Shown here piece after piece: positions 36,901-48,956 of a DNA stretch of 64,000 nucleotides. The stretch lies in NCBI RefSeq assembly GCF_023055435.1, contig NW_025963779.1:70556001-70620000 (forward strand), read 5' to 3'. The notes beneath the pieces were generated by a model. That model made no database searches and was not told the DNA's origin. It worked only from the letters and a program-made list of their open reading frames with translations. How positions within the stretch are numbered: position 1 is the first letter of the stretch; the number at the start of each line of letters is the position of its first letter. This DNA comes from Haliotis rufescens. Lineage: Eukaryota. A program made the translations under genes and the position numbers.

Positions 36901-39900
36901 ACTCATATTCAGGATGAATCTGGGATTCGAAATCCTATGGGGCGTAACTTTGTAATCAAATGGGCATCAATTGGGCCACTCTCAAAATAATATCAAATTT
37001 CACTCGGGGATATACCGATATATCTTCTCTGAATGAGTGGCCTTTGTTCTCCCTGTCCACACTAAGATATACGGATTATCTCCCCTGAGTTAATTGACAT
37101 TGTATGTCCCTCGCGAAGGCTCGCGATGAATTGACAAGGAACAAGGAACTCGCACTTTTTCGTTGGCCGTTTGTGCAAGGTGTACAGCTGCCGGTCGGAG
37201 GCTACTTACACGGTAGAACATCCCGGTATCTGTTCTTGCAGATGTTATCACTCTTCTTCGCCTCACTGCACAGCGTGTAGTCTGCTCTTGGTAGATCCTT
37301 CAAACAAGTTGATAATCAAACATTTAGATCATATTTCTGGCTAAAACAAATACAACGTCAGAATGGCAGAAAACATGGTGTTGATTTTCCTACGAAACCT
37401 ATTTCATTGGGGGTAAAAGGCGAAACCGCGGTGAAAACAACACGAACGGATCACTGAAAGTCAGTGATGACACCAGGTGGCGCCCCACCGGTAGAACCCG
37501 CCACTCACACAATTTGTTTACCAGAACAGGCGTGATTTCACAATTCAAACTCTAGAGTTTCAATTTAAAAAAAACACATTTTTTTTTATAATATCCAATT
37601 GTTTGCTCATTGTCAGTTGTGTGACGTCATCCACCTAGAAATATTTCAAGCATTACCTACTTTCGATTATCTGTGAATTTTGTTTGTGATAATGCAAAGC
37701 CGACTGATACAATACCACTTAATGATGATACTGTTCTGAAGAATCAAGCCAACGGCCATGCAAGGTAACAACAAGAACCATTTTTAACATCATTTGGTGT
37801 GACGGGGCCGAGGATCAAACCACCGGCCTTTATCTCTCCGGGCAGACGCTCTATCCACTAGACCACGGAAGCGGTCTACTTTATAGTTTTAATATACGGA
37901 GATGGGATATATCGGATGTATTGTGTATCGGAAGACGTTTAAGGGTCAAGATGTTTTACAGACTACTGCGGTTCAAAAAAGAAAAAATATGTAATGTTAT
38001 AAAGTTACATTTTTTACATGCATCAAACTTTCTAATCGCTTGTATAGCAAATGCCTTCACCTCGTAGTATGTAAATTGAACATGACACTTACTTCAAATT
38101 GCTTGAACAGACACTTGGTACTGAGGAAGAGCTGTAGACATCGCCTCATGTCTGTCTCGCGGGTCTCTGTAGCTGACTCTCTATTGGGATGGCCGTGTTG
38201 GCGACTGAGGGAGTCATACACTGTGTCGTCGACAGCGTCAGTGCCGAGGCGTTTGTCGTCACTGACGCCGCTGGTACTTGGACACGGGTTGTTATTGACT
38301 GCTTGGAGTTCTGAAATAAACAGCTGATGCATGTAGTGTGAATTTTATCTCGAGAGCGTTGTTGCAGTACCTTGCACTATAGTACGAAATCGCACCCATC
38401 CACCGTTACTTCCCAGATGTGATAATTTGAAGTTCAGTTAATTAAAATTGAATGGACATAATGAACAGTCACTCATACTCAGAATTTGTTCAATACCTAA
38501 TCGTATGACAGGATTGAATCTGGTTCCTACACAATGTCAAATAAAACGAACATCCAGATTGAATATCGACGACATTACATAACATCAGGTGCAAAGTGAG
38601 TATAGACTTTTCCACATCCATTGTATCAGTTCTCTGTAGATCGACACGTTGTATATACTATCCCACAAATGTAGGGGATAGTGGGAATCATCAAGACATA
38701 TCTTGTGACCTATATGATATGATCATATCTGCTGGGGAGTAGGCGATCAGATTCTGGGTTCTAATGGTTAATGTGATGAGATGGTGGCACACAAGGTCGT
38801 TAAAGAGGTCGAGGGTCATACGAAATTTGCATTTTGCAGCCAACGTCACTGATATCGGGTAAAACCACCTCTGTTGGCCAAACATGCACGAATTTTTCGA
38901 GGCATGCTTCTGATGAGTCGACCAATGTCAGCTTGACTCATGTTGTGCTGACCATGGCATGACATGGGTGTGTAGCTGTTGGAGGAATTGGGTCACAATC
39001 CTCACAAGATGAGCACGTGCATTATCATCTTGAAAGATGAAACGTTGCCCAACACGCTTTGCAAAAGTGGTGCAACGATGCTGACCCGATAGTGTTGAAA
39101 TGTGACTCTACCAATGACGGTATTGAGCGCAGTTCAGCCAGTCGTTTTGATACCACCCCATACCATTATGGACCCGCCCCCAAAACGATCATGATGTACG
39201 ACGTTAACGCCAATAAAAGACTCATTAGAATCGATGCCTTCGGTCGTTGAAGTTGGGAGTGCTGACGTTCCCTACACCGCTGACGCTCACAATCTGCTGA
39301 TGACAAATTGAGAAACATGTAGCGTTTGGGCAACAAGATTCTGACGTGTGCCCACCTCCAACATGACCTTAGCACGTGAACGTTAAGAACGTTGCAAACG
39401 TCGCATGATCGTTGTTTCTTTAATGATTAAATGTGTTGAATAAGTGTCTTTGGGCGTTTAGTTCCAAGAGATCAGTTTGCGTCTGCTAACAACCGAGTCT
39501 GAGTGAAAATGGTAAATCAGGCATAACACCCTTTGCACGTGCTGTCCTGGGTCACGTGCTTCATGACTGTCACAGTGTTGTGTTTTGGAGTGGACTTCTT
39601 CGGAAATGTTCTTGCCACATAAATCGCTTACTTTCATTGCCAGACATTTGAGTATTTTCCTATAGTTTCACCTCAGACAAATTATCCCCTACGTTCTGCA
39701 AAGTATATCATATTTATAAACCTTTATAAAACCAAATACCATACCGTTTACCACTTCTAAACATAGACTTTGGCTGTTTTGATTTCCTCTGGATAGGCAG
39801 CTCATTGAACCGTCACGAGAAATCGGTGTTACCCTGGAATTGCACAAGGAAATGATAAGTCACTGAGTACAGGTGTACGGGTGGTGAGTGTCGGAAGCAC

Positions 39901-41203
39901 ACCTGAAAGTGTGGATCTCAGAGTAAGAGATTAGAACTGCCAGCTTTGGCAGTCGGACAGTTTTTCAACGGGAAAAATAAACAATCCGATTGATGACAGA
40001 CCAGAATAGAGTCTTAATGTGCCTTGCACAACGAATACCCGGCGTCATCACTTATTTTTAGTGATCCATTCAAAATATTCATCACTATTTTGCCTTTATG
40101 GAATCTGTTTCGGCAGATAATCGGGACAGTTATTTCCTGATGTTGACATTTTGAATTTACTAGTGTTATCGTCGGTACATATACAGTGATCACTGAAGGT
40201 AAATGTTTCCACAAGCCATTTTCAATTTGTTACAGGGACGTTTCTGTACACAGCAATAACAAGTGCAACTCACCGACCAGAGTTCGCGTATGCACTGACA
40301 CGACGACTGTTTCCGCCCAGCCACCTGTGACTGAAATGGTAAGAAAAAATTGAGTAAGGGTTTCGTTGCCACAGATGAATGACTTTGTATAAACATTAAC
40401 CTGTCTATAATTGTATAACATCAGTAACGACAGAATGCACGGATACATGTCTGTGTGCGTGTTAGCATTGTGTGNNNNNNNNNNNNNNNNNNNNNNNNNN
40501 NNNNNNNNNNNNNNNNNNNNNNNNNNNNNNNNNNNNNNNNNNNNNNNNNNNNNNNNNNNNNNNNNNNNNNNNNNNNNNNNNNNNNNNNNNNNNNNNNNNN
40601 NNNNNNNNNNNNNNNNNNNNNNNNNNNNNNNNNNNNNNNNNNNNNNNNNNNNNNNNNNNNNNNNNNNNNNNNNNNNNNNNNNNNTGTGATTTCAAATAAA
40701 TAATTGTCACATAAAAGAGGGACAAGACTCGAGTCAATAAGTAGCCACAGGTCATTCAAATACACTTAACCTGTTTTTATAATTGCCCTAATTACAACGA
40801 AACATTATCTTAATTTCACACGAGGCACTAACACTAATGTTTTGACCTACTGTGAAGCGTTGTCCCGCTTTAATGTACTTTCTCAGTATACAGATTAACA
40901 CGGGACTTACCGGCGTGTGCGGTAGATGCACGTGAACACTTCGATCACAAATATCACCACAAGCAAGCCACTTGATACACATATGACATATGGGCAGTAA
41001 TCACCTAAATAAATGAAACAGACATAGGAAGAAGTGAAGGTTATATTTATTGTTGAATCAAATTATACTTTATGCGTTATAATAAGTTATATATAACGAG
41101 ATTTTAAATGATTGTTCAAGTTATCAATTGACAAGTTTTAATTGACTGACACACTTTGAAACGCAATGTTCACGTTTAACTATAAAGGTATGCGATATTC
41201 GGC

Positions 41204-41240
<37 letters not shown>

Positions 41241-41444
41241 TTGGAGATTTAACGAGCGCTTCCGGGGATATCGATTTCTCACTCGGTATTCGGCAATGAA
41301 TTGTTTCAGTTATAGCCTATTAAATATCAATGAAACGTGTCTTCACAGGCAGTTGTTTATGTATTAACACTTGGAGTCACTGTGTTCTAATGTTAAGGAT
41401 TAATATGACAGAAACTAATCAATACCAGTACACTTACATTCCAT
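32197..41444 (-). CDS. Classical protein tyrosine phosphatase (receptor-type D1-like domain) with N-terminal membrane anchor and a single PTP domain
   Basis: Exons 41438-41444 (ATG), 40911-41004 (TM), 40274-40330, 39745-39833, 38093-38310, 37210-37297 (KNRYRDVLP), 36437-36513 (YINANYI), 35379-35415 (FIAAQ), 34939-35036 (DFWRMVWE, IVMLT), 34144-34269 (KCVKYWP), 33635-33786 (WPD, VHCS), 33405-33540 (AGIGRTG, QRMEMVQT) and 32493-32603 (EQY). The terminal exon is either 32197-32319 or an alternative near 31408-31470. The PTP core is firm; the N- and C-terminal exons are less certain. Confidence 0.87.
32861..33025 (-). mobile_element. SINE family A
   Basis: Same consensus, diverged. Confidence 0.85.
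33907..33965. repeat. (GT)n microsatellite
   Basis: Direct reading of the sequence. Confidence 0.95.
35048..35197 (-). mobile_element. SINE family A inserted at a PTP splice acceptor
   Basis: Same consensus; flanked by ccttaaaaacatga and cctttaagaaacatga. Confidence 0.88.
36109..36180 (+). repeat. 34-bp tandem duplication
   Basis: acgttaacgtggatttttaaa(t/a)caaattgaagtt x2. Confidence 0.8.
38656..39705 (-). mobile_element. Decayed Tc1-like transposon in a PTP intron
   Basis: Imperfect TIRs tactatcccacaaatgtaggggata and ttatcccctacgttctgcaaagta; internal remnants of Tc1 DDE segments (FQDDNAR-like, MVWGG-like). Confidence 0.65.
40475..40684. other. Assembly gap (N run) inside a PTP intron
   Basis: Run of N flanked by tgtg. 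Confidence 0.95.
41204..41240. repeat. (GAT)n microsatellite
   Basis: Direct reading of the sequence. Confidence 0.95.
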
Positions 41445-42215
41445 ACTTGTGCTGTTATCCCCGAAAGGCGAAAGAGAAGGTAAATCCTTAAAAAATAATC
41501 AAGAATACACATCCAGTAAGTTAATTGCATAACAAGTCCGTAATTTCCTCAACAGCGAGGCATTCTGACATCTGAAAAACCTTGTTGAACCGATATGCAC
41601 TCATGATGCCACAGAGTTATTCCCCCTATATCAACACGGCATATTATACGATTAATTACTATTTTAAGTAAAAGGCTTAATATATATTAAAGGGCTAACC
41701 ATGATCTCTCATGCCTTCAATCTAGAGCCATTAAACCATGCTTGATCCACGAAACAAATAAAGACTTATTTCATTTTCGTATACAAATCCAGTTGATATT
41801 AGTGTTGTAAGGTTATTGTCACACATAAACTCTATCGTGTATGAAAAAAACGTGTCTGCGAAGTAGCAGTTATTAAACAGATGTAGACACGGATCCATAT
41901 GGGGGATGCAGTGGATTCAGCTGCCGGTACATGCTCACTGTTCACTTACACAGTCGTTTCCTGAATGTCTTTGAAGTACTTGCCTTTAGCATCAGCCGTT
42001 CAAGCAACTACATACATGTGTGTCAGAGCTTATGGTTTTCTTTATGATTTGTTAGTGAATGTCGATTGAATCTTTTTTGTGTGAATAATCCCAGACCATA
42101 AAAAATATGGTATAATTACTTTTGAACGTCAGTTCGTATTACTTCAACTACACAAGAAATAAATTTTTACTTCATGCTTCATTACACGAATGCTGTAATT
42201 ATCAATCATTTAACT

Positions 42216-42281
42216 AGGTGAAGGTGAGATTTGGTTTAACGTTGCGTCCAAGATTATTGCACTTATATAGCGACGTGCATG

Positions 42282-42325
<44 letters not shown>

Positions 42326-42581
42326 TGTATTAGCCCGGACTGATGCCGATTTATAGTGCTAGCTCACTGAGATACCTTGCCGCAGTTTAACATGCATATC
42401 TCACTCAGACACAGTATACTGACTCCGAGCCGACCAGTCCTTGTTTTATCCCCTTAATGCCGAGCGCCAGGGTAACAACAAGTACCATCTTTTAAAGGTC
42501 TTTTGGTATGACGCGGCCGGGGATCGAACCCCGGACCTTCCGCTCTCCGGGCGGACGCTCTACTAGACCACGGATGCGGTC
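42216..42581 (-). mobile_element. SINE family C, full length, with internal (CA)n
   Basis: Family C consensus; TSD caatcatttaacta. Confidence 0.9.
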
Positions 42582-42710
42582 CAATCATTTAACTACTTAT
42601 AACTACACAGCTGCACGTTTTCCTGTTTATTAATGATCCATATGTTTTAAAAATATTTCTCGGAACAACCTTTTTGACTTTTTATTTCATGGAAGTACAT
42701 GTGGTTACAT

Positions 42711-42930
42711 ACCGCTTCCGTGGTCTAGTGGTAGAGCGTCCGCCCGGATAGCGGTACTTGTTGTTACCCTGTCTTGCTCTCGGCATTAAGGGGCTTAAAC
42801 AAGGACCGGACTCGGAGTCAGTGTACTGTGTCTGAGTGAGGTATTCACACAAACACACACACGTACATGCACGTCGCTATATAAGTGCAATAATCTTGGA
42901 CGCGACGTTAAACCCCATTTCACCTCACCT
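42711..42930 (+). mobile_element. SINE family C, internally deleted
   Basis: Head and tail of family C, inverted relative to 42216-42581. Confidence 0.85.
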
Positions 42931-43474
42931 GTGGTTAACATGATACAGTTCATCACTCAACTGACCTAACTGGTTAGACTCTGTGACACAAACTTCAGCC
43001 AATAACATAAAATATGTAATCATATTACTAATACGGGTAATCGGTTCTGCCCGTATAAGGAGAATTCAGTTACAAATTGCCACGTGTGACAATAAGATTG
43101 TTTAGGCATTACTTCAGATTTGATATGGCCAGTTATGTTAGTGGAATAGACTTTTTATCTGATGAAACATTCTCTTGCAATGATGTAGGTAAATGATCAC
43201 TAGAAAAGCGAACTTACCCTTTGCGTTCATGCCTGCAATGTTTAGTAGATGAACCGTTATGTAAGGTGCACGTCCTTGTTTCACATCGATACTGATACCA
43301 CTTGTACGTCACACACTACAACCTTCTATTTCCTGTCCCACTTGTCACTGACATCAATAATATTCATATGAAGTAAATCTAAACAAAGTTTCAAATCCAT
43401 CAGCACGGTAGTGATCACTGTGAAACTATGCTGCTCGGGAAGGGGTAATTGAATTAAGAATATGGACTCCATTT

Positions 43475-43496
43475 TGTGTGTGTGCGTGCGTGCGTA

Positions 43497-43540
<44 letters not shown>

Positions 43541-43542
43541 TG
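43475..43542. repeat. (GCGT)n microsatellite
   Basis: Direct reading of the sequence. Confidence 0.95.
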
Positions 43543-44398
43543 TCTTCTGAAGCAGTGACAGAAAAATGGGTTTGTCAGAAAAAAGGCCCAGGTCGCTGGA
43601 TGTTGAATACCCGGTCCATCATACGGTGGTATTTTATTGTGTAATGTCCTCACGTATGGAAGTCCTTGCTTCTTTTATAAAGTCAACATCATCAGTATCC
43701 AGTCAACCCGCATGGGACTGTAACAGGTCCAGAACATTCTATTTGTTGTCGTAAGAGGTGACTCACTAGGATCAAATTATCAGGCTCGTTGACTTATTTA
43801 CGTGTCATCGTACCCTGACTACGTGGGACGTTGCTCATAATATCAACCACCGGTTTGTCTGGCACACATTCGATTATTTATAGGTCGATATGATACAGCT
43901 GGATTATTGCAGACAGCGGTGGAAAGAAACGACAAAGAAACAAAATTTAATACTGAATTGTTAGTAACTTAGAGATACGAGAAATGGTTTTTGATTCAAC
44001 AAAAGCAAAAGCGATATCATGTGATGAAAATCTCGCCATCTCGTTGTCAGTCGATTTACCGGTGTTGTGTAATGTTAAAGGGATTTGGGTGACATACATG
44101 TTCTTGTACAGACATAATTGCGTTAAAAAAACCAAGTCAGATAACATTATGAAATATTTCCGCCACTTCATATCATGCAAAACGCGAAGGTGTTAATAAA
44201 GACGTGCTTGTTGTTTCGAAGTTAAATGACCCAGCGAAACTTAATCAGAGGCGATCAATTTTGGTGTACTTTGAAGTTACCTCAACAGCAGTTCGATATT
44301 TCTCGATCAGAGATACCGATAGTCGATATAAGGTTCAGTGAATGAGTGTATTAAATGAGCATTTAAGTGATATCACAGCGAATCAGTGAAACGTGTGA

Positions 44399-44574
44399 TG
44401 AGTGAGTGATTGAGTGAGTGAGTACGGTTTTACGCCGCTTTTAGCAATATTCCAGCAATATCACGGCGGGGGACACCAGAAATGGGCTTCACACATTTTA
44501 CCCATGTCGGGAATCGAACCCGGGTCTTCGGCGTGACGAGCAAACGCTTAAACCACTAGGCTACCCGACCGCCC
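44399..44574 (-). mobile_element. SINE family A
   Basis: Near-consensus copy; TSD aa(c/t)gtgtgatga. Confidence 0.9.
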
Positions 44575-45593
44575 AAATGTGTGATGAAAACCCGAGTGAG
44601 TGGATTAACGTTAACACGATTTCCATGATAAGAGTGAACGATTGAGTTGGTTTTAACGCCGATTTAAGAGGATTTCACGTTATATCGCAGCGTGTCAGCT
44701 TGACAAGCGGAACTCCAGAGGTGAAGCAGGTATAAAGGGCGGTAACTGCTTTGGGGAAACCAACCGCAAGAGCATGGTGCTGACAAACGTGGGAACAATC
44801 AGTGCGAATCCCCCGATGATGGACGCCTAAAGGACAAAACTAAGTTCTGCGACTTAGATGACTGGGCCACCGTGGTCCCCAGATGAAACCCCGCAGAGAC
44901 GGAAGTTGTGTACATGAATGCCGTGAACATGGGAACAATCAGAGCGAATCTAAACTTCGAACCCACAACATGGCGGACCCTACCGCAGCTGAGGGACGCG
45001 ATTCTGCAAAAGCGACAATGTGTTCTGAATATGGCTTTTAATCCTTGTTATTGATGACCTAGCCACATATAAATAACCTGTTACTTTGAACAAGCTGCAT
45101 CCGAAACATTCAGATCGACTTCTTATGAAAATGTTTATCTATTTTTATTATTATAACCTATCACGATAAGCGTATTATTTCATGTATCCCTAATACATCG
45201 TTTCAATATAAACCACTCAACAAAGAGATGTTTAGAACTTATGAGAGACTCATTGGGTTACCACGTAAATGAGAAACAAAGAGGGAGATAGTAAGACAGT
45301 AATTTATTTACTTATGAGAAGCGTACTGAACAACAAGTATGATTCTGACACATTGAAACATAAGCAAACGTTGAAGGCAAAGACAAATCCTGCCAAAAGG
45401 ACATAATTTTGCTTTACGTTTGTTTAAGATAAATCATTTTTACCAGGTGAAAATGCTTAATTTGTCAATTATGAGATAAATGCGTGTGCCCACAAAAGCA
45501 TAATTTATCGGAAATTTCCAGGCTTAGTGAAACCAATACAAGTGTGAATACAATACTTACACATAAATACTATGATCCTTCCACTGTCTGTTC

Positions 45594-45755
45594 GGGGCGG
45601 TCGGGTAGCCTAGTGGTTAAAGCGTTCGCTCGACACGCCGAAGACCCGGGTTCGATTCCCGACATGGGTACAATGTGTGACGCCCATTTCTGGTGTCCCC
45701 CGCCGTGATATTGCTTGAATATTGCTAAAAGCGGCGTAAAACCATACTCACTCAC
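45594..45755 (+). mobile_element. SINE family A
   Basis: Near-consensus copy, ggggcggtcgggtagcctagtggttaaagcg...gcggcgtaaaaccatactcactcac. Confidence 0.9.
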
Positions 45756-45961
45756 TTATATATACTGACATATATCATCACATTTACCCTTTCAAGTACA
45801 ATTTACATAGTTAAACAGTGTTCACAAATAATTTAATTTACTTTCGAAACCCTGAATGTCCAATTGTATATTGACCAGTGCCAGTTGTACACAATATGCT
45901 TTTACAACACTAATATTCCCATATTTCTTGCTAAAATATTGAAATCATTTTGTACATTTAA

Positions 45962-46558
45962 TCAATGTTTGGATGTCCCACCAGCCTTCGCAGCTTTCAT
46001 CAAGGGGTCGTTCTTGTTGACTCTCCTCATTGTATGTTCCAGGACTCTGTTGATGTCGGAGCTATCCCTTGCTGATACCTCATAGTGGCCATGCTCCCAT
46101 TCACAACTGATGGACAGATCCCTGTAGACCCGCACAGTCTTGTCCGCATCTTGCGCTATGTCAGTCTTGTTGGCCACAAATATGATAGGGATGCTGTCTC
46201 CCTTCTGTTTTAAGATCTGTTCCCTGACTGCCGTGACAGACTTGAAGGAGTCCTCACAGACAAGGGAATACACCAGAAGGTAGGCGTCACAAGAAGGCAG
46301 TCGTTGGATGAATGGAAAATGTCGTTTCACTGCTGTGTGTATAATTTCAACATTGAGGTCTCTACCTCCGATTCCTAAATCATCATCACGTTCACCTTTC
46401 CTTGTCTTCTTGCTTCTAATTTCCGACCACTTCCCCTGTAAGCCATCCATTAGCGTCTTCTTCCCCACTCCCTGATAACCCATGACGACCATTTTCAGGG
46501 AGCTTTTTTCTGGGCGTCGTGGCTCTTCCTTGAGAATTCTTTCTGTTTCAGGGTCCAT
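45962..46558 (-). CDS. Atypical Ras-superfamily small GTPase (Ras/Rap/Di-Ras/Rhes-like), uninterrupted CDS, 198 aa
   Basis: MVVMGYQGVGKKT (G1), EIIHTAV in place of DTAG (G3), YLLVYS...SF, IIFVANKTD (G4), YEVSAR (G5). Start taken at MDPETE. No CaaX box at the C-terminus (GGTSKH). Confidence 0.85.
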   Translation of the reverse strand: MDPETERILKEEPRRPEKSSLKMVVMGYQGVGKKTLMDGLQGKWSEIRSKKTRKGERDDDLGIGGRDLNVEIIHTAVKRHFPFIQRLPSCDAYLLVYSLVCEDSFKSVTAVREQILKQKGDSIPIIFVANKTDIAQDADKTVRVYRDLSISCEWEHGHYEVSARDSSDINRVLEHTMRRVNKNDPLMKAAKAGGTSKH

Positions 46559-47281
46559 ATCAGGATGGTCACATACACGTATGGAGAAAAGTTGTGTTCT
46601 CGTGGAGGCAGCCGTTATCAATGTGAGGAGTGATCTGATAATGAAATATGTTGTGTTGAACCTGTGAGACATACATTGAACAACCACTCCTGTTCCATAG
46701 CAACAGCAACGTTTGGTGTGATCAATAGGGAAAACGTGTTATATTTATAAGATTTTGTTCTCGTTTTAGCTGTGTGTAGACTTAGAAAAGAATAAAATGT
46801 GCAACCATTTAAGATAAATTTTATTCCTAACGCCATTTTCGTTTTCCAAATATAATAGTATATCAAGGGACGTTAGTATTCGTGAGTAGTACTTTACATT
46901 AAAACTCTATTTTCTTTCCATCGTATAAAGCTTGAAGTAGGAATATATACATAACAATGGTTCAATTGGCAACATGGATGCATGTTCAATTTATTGTCTT
47001 TAATTATAATTACTGCATTTCACTTGACTTGCATGAAACTGAATCAAACATTCAACAGTTCCCGGTAAACAATCATCATGTTTTACTTCTACGGTTTTAT
47101 GGTCACTAGCTCACTACGATTTGGAACTTACCATAATAAACTTATTCTGACACCCTCCACACATTACATGATAGAATTTTCTTTTCTTACGCATTATGTT
47201 CAGTCCAGACTCCCTTATTTCCTTTCACAACTACAGGATCTAAAATACGTACATGTGCACAGGCACTTTCTTTAAGACGGT

Positions 47282-47546
47282 ACCCGTGAAGATTCAGGGT
47301 AGAATAGGTCTTCAGCATCCCATGCTCTGCAAAAGGTGACTCTGCTTGTCGTAAAAGGCGACTAACGGGATCGGGTGGTCAGGCTCGCTGACTTGGTTGA
47401 TGCATGTCATCGATCCCAATTGCGTGGATCGATGCTCATGATATTAATCACTGGAATGTCTGGTCCAGACTCGATTATTTACAGACCGCCGTCATATAGC
47501 TGGAATATTGCTGAGTGTGGCGTTAAACAACCAACCAACCAACCAA
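47282..47546 (+). mobile_element. SINE family B
   Basis: Near-consensus copy with (AACC)n tail. Confidence 0.87.
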
Positions 47547-48873
47547 TGAACTTGAAGACGAAAAATATTAATATCTTAATGGTCCTGCATTAATTTGAAA
47601 AAAACCTACACAGCAAAGCCCTGTTTGAAATACACATGTTTCTTGGTTAAGATTTAAACATTACATGGTCATGACAGCCATGCGTATTCCATATTTACAT
47701 GTTCTGACAGCGGTTGCAATTGGTCCTTGTTGAATGCAGAATGCCCCCAAAGTTTTGTGTCGGAATTCCGTTTTGTGATTTCAGCACTCGGACATTTAGA
47801 TACTTTCTATGAACATTATGAACATAATTATACTTGTCCCTCGGGAATTGACTTAATATATCTGGGACAATTGATATTCGCAACAAAATCGCCATTATAT
47901 TTTTCACTTTACTTGGCCTTTAACAGTCCGGTGAATGTACGGTGTACAGCTGTGATCAACAACTGAAACTGTGTCACACCGTCCAAGCACAAGCGACTAC
48001 ATCTACTTCCTCCTGACAATATAATATCGATGACGACTTCTTCAATACAATAATATTTCAGTTGATCACCAATACTACCTTTTCATTAAATATTCACCGT
48101 GGGAATTGAGGTTGAGAGCGTTGCGGTGTTTTGTGTCAAAGCAGAATACATATTTATTTCCAGACTTATAAAGTTTTTTTTCTTCACAGATAAGTCAAAC
48201 ATCGTGTTTTGCCCTTAGCGATTGTTTTCAAGTTCAGTTCAAGCGACAAGTTACTTTCTTGTGTAATCTTCTTTTCTTTAATTTTTGGAACGAATTTATT
48301 TTAACACTCGAAATGATACCAGAAAATAGTCAACCCCTAAATCCTCTCTTTAGGCTTAAAATCTCCTGCTGTCAGTGGGAAACACTTCCACTTGACTCAG
48401 TGCCCGGTTTCACTTCAATTCAATTGTGAGTGTCATAAAAGTGCACTCAGAGCGTTCCTACGTACCCCTACATTCTTCCAGTTTAACCCAATCGCCCTTT
48501 TGATATTCACATGCTGGGACGTCACAACCATGACCGCCTAGAGGGAAGAAAACATCTTGAAACACATTCAACCTACTATAAATACATTTAATCTCTGAAA
48601 TGACAATACTTCAAGATATATTTTTGTTAAAAAGAATAATTCATAAATAAAATGAAGGAGCTTGGAGAATCTGGATGTATGTGTTTGGGGGTCTTCTTGA
48701 GAGACCGTGTTAATACAAAAACAAAATACACCAATACGATGTAATGGAGAATCATGAGAATCTGTTGATTCCACTTCTCCGACTTAAATCATGCCTCGGT
48801 TGACATACAATTTCTCTATAAGTTTGTCTGATGACCTATAGTTGCTTCAGGTTTACTTCTTCCAAATTAAGGC

Positions 48874-48956
48874 GTGAAGCCCATTTCTGGTGTCCCCCGC
48901 CGTGATATTGCTGGAATATTGCTAAAAGCGGCGTAAAACCAAGCTCACTCATTCAC
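48874..48956 (+). mobile_element. 5'-truncated SINE family A
   Basis: 3' half only; TSD acttcttccaaat. Confidence 0.8.

Noticed and set aside
45594-45670. tRNA gene candidates (also 55162, 61622, 42711 and others)
   Set aside because: The A/B boxes are SINE heads followed by a body, tail and TSD; there is no clean cloverleaf
46559-46687. N-terminal extension of the Ras-like ORF from a GTG start
   Set aside because: Non-ATG start that crosses a probable splice acceptor near 46662; the first plausible ATG is at 46558
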